From assembly GCA_965223385.1 (NCBI GenBank), contig CBDCWR010000007.1, positions 2,739,165 through 2,803,164 of the forward strand: 64,000 nt of DNA. The letters are read 5' to 3'. Positions 59,342 to 64,000 of the stretch are shown piece after piece. This DNA is from Candidatus Multivoraceae bacterium. GTDB taxonomy: Bacteria; Acidobacteriota; Thermoanaerobaculia; Multivoradales; Multivoraceae. How positions within the stretch are numbered: position 1 is the first letter of the stretch; the number at the start of each line of letters is the position of its first letter. The translations under genes were made by a program, and so were the position numbers. Under the pieces are notes generated by a model. That model saw only the letters and a list, made by a program, of their open reading frames with translations. It made no database searches and had not been told where the DNA came from.

Positions 59342-59836
59342 ATGATCTTTCCCGGTCGCTACAGCGCACAGATCGAAGGCGACTTCGTGATCTTCCTCAT
59401 CGGTGCGCGCGTCAATCGCCTTCGCCGGCTCCCGCGGTTCATCCCGATCGCCCGCGCCATGACCCGCATGCAGCAGGAGGTCCTGTCGCAGCCCGAGCTC
59501 GGCTGCATGCACATCGAGAACTGGTTCGGCCGCAACGTCATCTCGGTACAGTACTGGCGGAGCTTCGAGCACCTCGAGGCGTACGCTCGCCGTCCGGATC
59601 TCGAGCACCTGCCCGCCTGGAAAGACTTCAACCAGAAGGTCCGGGACAGCGGCGACATCGGCATCTGGCACGAGACGTTCAAGGTGCGCGCCGGCGAGTA
59701 CGAGGCGATCTACGGCAACATGCACCAGTTCGGCTTGGCGTGCGCCGGCGACCACCACAAGCTGGGCAAAACGTCGACCGCCGCGGGTCGCTCCGGCACC
59801 CGGGAGGGTGACGTCGCGCCCGTCGAGGCCTACTGA
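59342..59836 (+). CDS. DUF4188-domain protein (ABM-monooxygenase-like fold)
   Basis: 164 aa; GDFVIFLIGARVN...VISVQYWRSFEHLEAYA pattern typical of DUF4188. Confidence 0.55.
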   Translation: MIFPGRYSAQIEGDFVIFLIGARVNRLRRLPRFIPIARAMTRMQQEVLSQPELGCMHIENWFGRNVISVQYWRSFEHLEAYARRPDLEHLPAWKDFNQKVRDSGDIGIWHETFKVRAGEYEAIYGNMHQFGLACAGDHHKLGKTSTAAGRSGTREGDVAPVEAY

Positions 59837-59956
59837 AGCTCGCACAGGGCCGCGGTTCGGACTCACCACGGGCCCTTCTCGTCAGGCGCCATGTGAGTGG
59901 CCCGAGGCGTCGTTCGATGGATCTCTCTGCTGGCGTGTTTACCGGGCGACGGAAGC

Positions 59957-60200
59957 GTCTGAAGAAGTTTGGTTGCCAAAAGGCACTTTGGACGGCGCTC
60001 TGCTTCGCTCCGAGTCCAGGTCTGCCCAGGCTCTTCAGGCCGGAATCGGGTAAGAAGGGGGTGGATCTCGGTGCTCGTCGGCGCGCGAGGAGACTGAGGC
60101 GTCTCGAGGAAGCCTGGTGGCCAAAAGGCACTCCCAGCGTCTCCTTGCTTCCCTCCGAGCGCCGCGCACGGCGGGCGATCTCCGGTATAGGGCGGGCAAG
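59957..60200. repeat. Two imperfect ~95-nt direct repeats (59957-60052 and 60104-60200) sharing a TGGTNGCCAAAAGGCACT core
   Basis: Both copies give similar pseudo-peptides in the ORF track (EEVWLPKGTLDGALLRSE / EEAWWPKGTPSVSLLPSE); they sit in an ~800-bp gene-free stretch. Confidence 0.55.
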
Positions 60201-60644
60201 GAGGGAGTTGCGTGTGAGTGTCGCGAGGGCATCCTGTAAACCGATGTCCGGTGAGCGAGTCGGAAGGAGTTGTGCCACGCCCGGCGCAACACGGAGGCAG
60301 TCAGCCGTCCGGAGCACTCGAGCGCAGACTGGTTGCCTACTTGTACCCAACACGTGGGTTGCAGGTCTCTTCGCTGCTGGACGCTCTCCTCCGATCGCGC
60401 GACGTGCAGCGCGAATCGCTCGGAAGCGCTGTCTCGAGCCGCGACGTCTTGGCGGCGCGATCGGCCCTTCCCCTCCTTGCCCGATTCTGCCCGGAGAGCA
60501 TGTGCAGTCCAGGCGCTCAGAGTGAAGCAGAGACAAGGCCTGAGTGCCTTGGGCTACCAACCTCTCTTCGAACGACGCAGCCACCCGGTTGACGCGCGAA
60601 GCACGGGATCCCAACGCAGACCAGACCGGAGCCGCGCTTCCTAG

Positions 60645-61923
60645 TCCGGGGCCGCCGCCAGCTCCTCCTTGAGCTTGCGCGAGGCGAGGTAGAAGTGCAG
60701 CACCGACCACGTCATCGCAGCGGGGATCAGGTAGAGCATGGCCCAGCGCAGCGACTCGTTGCCGTACTCGGCGGCCAGTGAGTCGCTGAGCACTCCGACC
60801 ATCCAGGGGCCGAGGCCCGAGGCCGATCAGGTTGAGGATGAAGAAGAGGATCGCCGAGGCCAGGGCGCGCATGCGCAGGCCGACGAGGCCATGGGTCATG
60901 GCGAGAGTGTTGCCGAGGTAGACGTTGAAGAGCGTGCTGGGGACGATGGTCATCAGCAGGGTCGAGACGCCGGTGGGCATGAAGTAGGTGGCCACCATGA
61001 ACGGCAGGCAGATGATGCCGGTGAGGGTGGGGAGCCACATGTACCAGCGCACGTCGCGTGGTGCGAGGCGCTCTGCGATGAGACCACCGCTGTAGACCCC
61101 GACCGCGCCGCACACTCCCATCGTGAACGCGAGCCACGTGCCGAGCTCGCCGGTGGACATGCCGTGGCTACGGATGAGGAACGGCGCCGTCCAGCTCGTG
61201 CTGCTGTAGCCGGCGAAGGCGTTCAGCGCGGCGCCAAACGCCATGTGCCGGAACGACGAGCGCGAGGCGAGGAGACCAAGCACCTGCCCGAGCGGGGCCG
61301 CTTCGGCCGCCTGGCGCTGCTCGGCGAGCCCGCGGGCCGGCTCCTTCAGCGTGAAGCGCACCAGGGCGGCGATGATGAGCCCCGGGACGCCGACCACGAG
61401 GAAGGCGGTCCTCCAGCCGAAGAACTCGTTGAGCCAGCCACCGAAGAGGAAGCCGAAGAGAATGCCGAAGTTGACACCCATCGAGTAGAACGACAGCGCG
61501 CTGGCGCGCCGCTGCGGAGGGTAGATGTCGGAAATGATCGAGTGAGACGGCGGGCTGCCGCCGGCCTCTCCCACGCCGACGCCGACCCGGGCCAGGAGCA
61601 GCTGCGCGTAGTTCTGGATGAAGCCGCTCACCGCGGTCATGAAGCTCCAGATGCCGATGGCGAGGGCCACGATGTTGCGCCGATTGCCGGTGTCGGCCCA
61701 GCGCGCGATCGGAATGCCGGCGGTCACGTAGAAGAGCGCAAAGGCGAAGCCGGTGAGCAGACCCAGCTGGGAGTCGGACAACCCGAGGTCCGCCTTGATC
61801 GACTCCTGCAGGATCGACAGCAGCTGACGATCGATGAAGTTGAAGGTGTAGACGATCGTCAGCAGCACCAGAGCGTAGGTGCGCACGGAGGGCTTGCTGT
61901 ACGGATTGCTCGCGTCGTTCATA
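60645..61923 (-). pseudogene. MFS transporter gene with an apparent +1 frameshift (extra G in a ggcctcgg run near 60825)
   Basis: N-terminal 365 aa (MNDASNPYSKPSVRTYALVLLTIVYTFNFIDRQLL...FILNLIGLG) in one frame; the expected C-terminus (LGPWMVGVLSDSLAAEYGNESLRWAMLYLIPAAMTWSVLHFYLASRKLKEELAAAPD*) lies in the +1 frame ending at 60645. Confidence 0.5.
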
Positions 61924-62042
61924 CGGTGTCCGACCTCTTCTACGGGAACTGTTCTGGGAGGTGGCGAGGCTACACCATGCCCGATGGCCGGGAGCGCGGA
62001 GGAGGGTGAATGGCTCGTCGCACCGTGGGCTAGCCTTGGCGC

Positions 62043-63350
62043 ATGAGCTTCCTCGAGCGGCAGTTTGGCCTCGATCGGCACGGCACCACCATCTGGACGG
62101 AGGTGCGAGCCGGAGCCGCGACCTTCCTGACGATGGGCTACATCCTCTTCGTCAATCCGCAGATCCTGCAGCAGGCCGGTCTTCCGGCCTCCGATGTCGC
62201 CTTCGCGACCGCCGTCGCCTCTGCCGTCGCCACGCTCGCGATGGCGCTGCTCGCCAACTACCCGGTTGCGCTCGCGCCGGGGATGGGGCTCAACGCCTAC
62301 TTCACCTTCGGTGTCGTTCTGGGGATGGGGGTGTCGTGGCAGATGGCCCTCGCCGCCGTCTTCCTCGAGGGGATCCTCTTTCTCGTTTTTGCGGTGACGG
62401 GAGTACGCACCGCCCTCGTGCGAGCCATCCCGCCAAGCGTCAAGGTGGCGACCATGGGAGGCATCGGGCTCTTCCTCTCGATCATCGGCCTTCAGAACGC
62501 GGGCCTGGTGGTGGACCACCCGGCGACCCTGCTGACGCTGGGCGACGTGTCCGACCCCGCGGTCCTCGCGGCACTGCTCGGACTGGTCCTCATGGGAACC
62601 CTGGTCTCGGCCCGCGTCTCCGGAGCGCTCCTTTGGGGCATCCTGGCCGTGAGTGGCGCCGCGTGGCTGCTCGGCATCGCGGACGCGCCGTCCCAGGTCG
62701 TTGCTGCGCCGGCGCTGCCGAGCGAGACCCTCTGGGCGCTCGACTTCTCGGAGCTCCTCACGGGCAAGCTCCTGCTCGTGGTGCTCTCGTTTCTCTTCGT
62801 CGACCTCTTCGACACCGCCGGGACTCTCCTCGGTGTCGGACGCCTGGGTGGCCTTCTCGACGACGAGGGTGAGCTGCCCCGGGCGAACGCCGCCTTCTCG
62901 GCCGACGCGCTGGGAACGCTCGTGGGTGCCGCGGTGGGCACCAGCACCGTGACGAGCTACGTCGAGTCGGCCACGGGAGTGGAGGAGGGGGGCCGCACCG
63001 GCCTCACGGCGGTTGTCGTGGCGGCGCTGTTCCTCGCGTCGCTGTTCTTCACGCCGCTCATCATCGCCATTCCTGCGGTCGCAACCGCTCCGGCCCTGGT
63101 GCTCGTGGGGGCGCTCATGATGCGCAGCGCCGGCGACGTGGAATGGAGCCGCCCCGAAGAGGCGCTGCCGGCCTTTCTCACGATCGTCGCGATGCCGTTC
63201 ACCTACTCGATCGCAAACGGCATCTCCGCCGGCATCGTCTCCTGGGTGCTCTTGAGAGTGCTCCGCGGCCGCGTGCGCGAGGTGCACCCGTTGCTGGGTG
63301 CCCTGGCTCTGGGGCTCGTGATCTTCTTCGCGGTGCGGCCGGGAGGCTAG
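62043..63350 (+). CDS. NCS2-family purine permease (AzgA-like guanine/hypoxanthine permease)
   Basis: WTEVRAGAATFLTMGYILFVNPQIL..., 435 aa, ~13 TM; typical AzgA family. Confidence 0.85.
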   Translation: MSFLERQFGLDRHGTTIWTEVRAGAATFLTMGYILFVNPQILQQAGLPASDVAFATAVASAVATLAMALLANYPVALAPGMGLNAYFTFGVVLGMGVSWQMALAAVFLEGILFLVFAVTGVRTALVRAIPPSVKVATMGGIGLFLSIIGLQNAGLVVDHPATLLTLGDVSDPAVLAALLGLVLMGTLVSARVSGALLWGILAVSGAAWLLGIADAPSQVVAAPALPSETLWALDFSELLTGKLLLVVLSFLFVDLFDTAGTLLGVGRLGGLLDDEGELPRANAAFSADALGTLVGAAVGTSTVTSYVESATGVEEGGRTGLTAVVVAALFLASLFFTPLIIAIPAVATAPALVLVGALMMRSAGDVEWSRPEEALPAFLTIVAMPFTYSIANGISAGIVSWVLLRVLRGRVREVHPLLGALALGLVIFFAVRPGG

Positions 63351-64000
63351 CCGGCCAGCTCGAGCGCCGCGTGGAGGAGCACGTTGGTCCCGGCGGTGAG
63401 GTCGGTCGGCTCGCACCACTCGGCCGGGTTGTGCGAGATGCCGTCCTTGCAGCGCACGAACACCATCGCCGCGGGTGCGACCGACGCGATCGCCATGGCG
63501 TCGTGGCCGGCTCCGCTCCCGAGGTCGAGGTGCTCATAGCCGCAGGTCTCGCAGGACCGCCGGAGCGCGGCGACCACCTCGTCGTCGAACGTGATGCCTT
63601 CCGCGGCCCACGGTCGCTCCACCTCGGCCGGGATGTCGAGCTCGGCACAGTGCCGCTCCACGGCGGCGCGGATGGCGGACTCCATCGACGCGTGGCTCCC
63701 AGCGTCCGGGTGACGGAGATCGATGCCGAGCCGCACGGCTCCGGGAACGGTGTTGACGGCGCCGGGCAGGGCGTGCAGCGCGCCGAAGGTGAGCCGGGTG
63801 TCGGGACCGTGCTCCTCCGCGGCCGCGTAGAGTGCGGGGAGGATGGCTGCCAGCGCCCGCACCGGGTCCTGCCGAATGTCCATGGGCGTCGTGCCGGCGT
63901 GCGCCTCGGTGCCTCGCAGCGTGACGTCGAAGCGGCTCATGTGCTGCACCCTGTCGATCACGGCCACCGCGAGGTCTGCGTTCTGCAGCTGCGGCCCCTG
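63347..64000 (-). CDS. M20-family Zn-dependent amidase (allantoate amidohydrolase / N-carbamoyl-amino-acid hydrolase-like); N-terminus beyond window end
   Basis: C-terminal ...VRCKDGISHNPAEWCEPTDL... typical of AllC/hydantoinase-carbamoylase-family amidases. Overlaps the permease stop by 4 nt. Confidence 0.65.
   Translation of the reverse strand, partial: QGPQLQNADLAVAVIDRVQHMSRFDVTLRGTEAHAGTTPMDIRQDPVRALAAILPALYAAAEEHGPDTRLTFGALHALPGAVNTVPGAVRLGIDLRHPDAGSHASMESAIRAAVERHCAELDIPAEVERPWAAEGITFDDEVVAALRRSCETCGYEHLDLGSGAGHDAMAIASVAPAAMVFVRCKDGISHNPAEWCEPTDLTAGTNVLLHAALELAG

Noticed and set aside
61924-62042. Purine riboswitch upstream of the NCS2 permease
   Set aside because: The 119-nt leader is GC-rich and lacks the conserved purine-riboswitch junction nucleotides.
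59679-63419. 1246-aa minus ORF
   Set aside because: Only residues corresponding to 60830..61923 are a genuine MFS N-terminus. The remainder is read-through past a frameshift and antisense sequence of the NCS2 permease.

Overview
High-GC (~68%) chromosomal window, probably from an Acidobacteriota-like genome; an ADOP-type duplicated FtsX permease and a TIGR02999-like ECF sigma factor point that way. Many of the six-frame ORFs are antisense artefacts of the GC content; real genes were picked by recognisable family signatures, signal peptides, SD motifs and ATGA/TGATG stop-start overlaps.

Content, in order:
- TetR + MaoC dehydratase, divergent from a 7TMR-DISM GGDEF cyclase.
- Enolase-superfamily enzyme, beta-lactamase-fold hydrolase and S15 peptidase.
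- 4-hydroxybenzoate/protocatechuate module: pobA and a MarR regulator, divergent from pcaC-pcaH-pcaG-pcaB followed by a cytochrome P450 and a second beta-lactamase-fold hydrolase.
- A ~13.5 kb copper-resistance block (CopA with CPMHPE/CPxCGM N-terminal domains, NhaD-like permease, YHS protein, CorE-like Cys-tailed ECF sigma, CusCBA-type efflux, BNR protein). It is bracketed by a perfect 25-bp direct repeat whose right copy spans the 3' end of tRNA-Glu, with no integrase: an apparent integrase-less genomic island.
- A tRNA-Glu / OrfA-like HTH / 129-bp tandem array / tRNA-Lys locus.
- DUF4336 protein, metzincin protease, a 141-bp tandem array, thiolase, ADOP permease, a third beta-lactamase-fold hydrolase, adenosine-deaminase-family protein, amidohydrolase with an apparent frameshift, paralogous DUF2911 proteins, an RHH-containing two-gene module with a palindromic operator over its start codon, MFS transporter, enoyl-CoA hydratase.
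- An ECF-sigma / PQQ-dehydrogenase / sulfite-oxidase-family Mo-enzyme block that ends in a translationally coupled pair of large secreted proteins of unknown function.
- Tandem dirigent/AOC-like secreted paralogs, GNAT, TetR, DUF4188, a frameshifted MFS gene, an NCS2 purine permease and a partial AllC-like amidase.

No CRISPR array, integrase, or obvious defence or toxin ATPase/nuclease genes were seen. Coordinates I derived by hand-counting may be off by 1.
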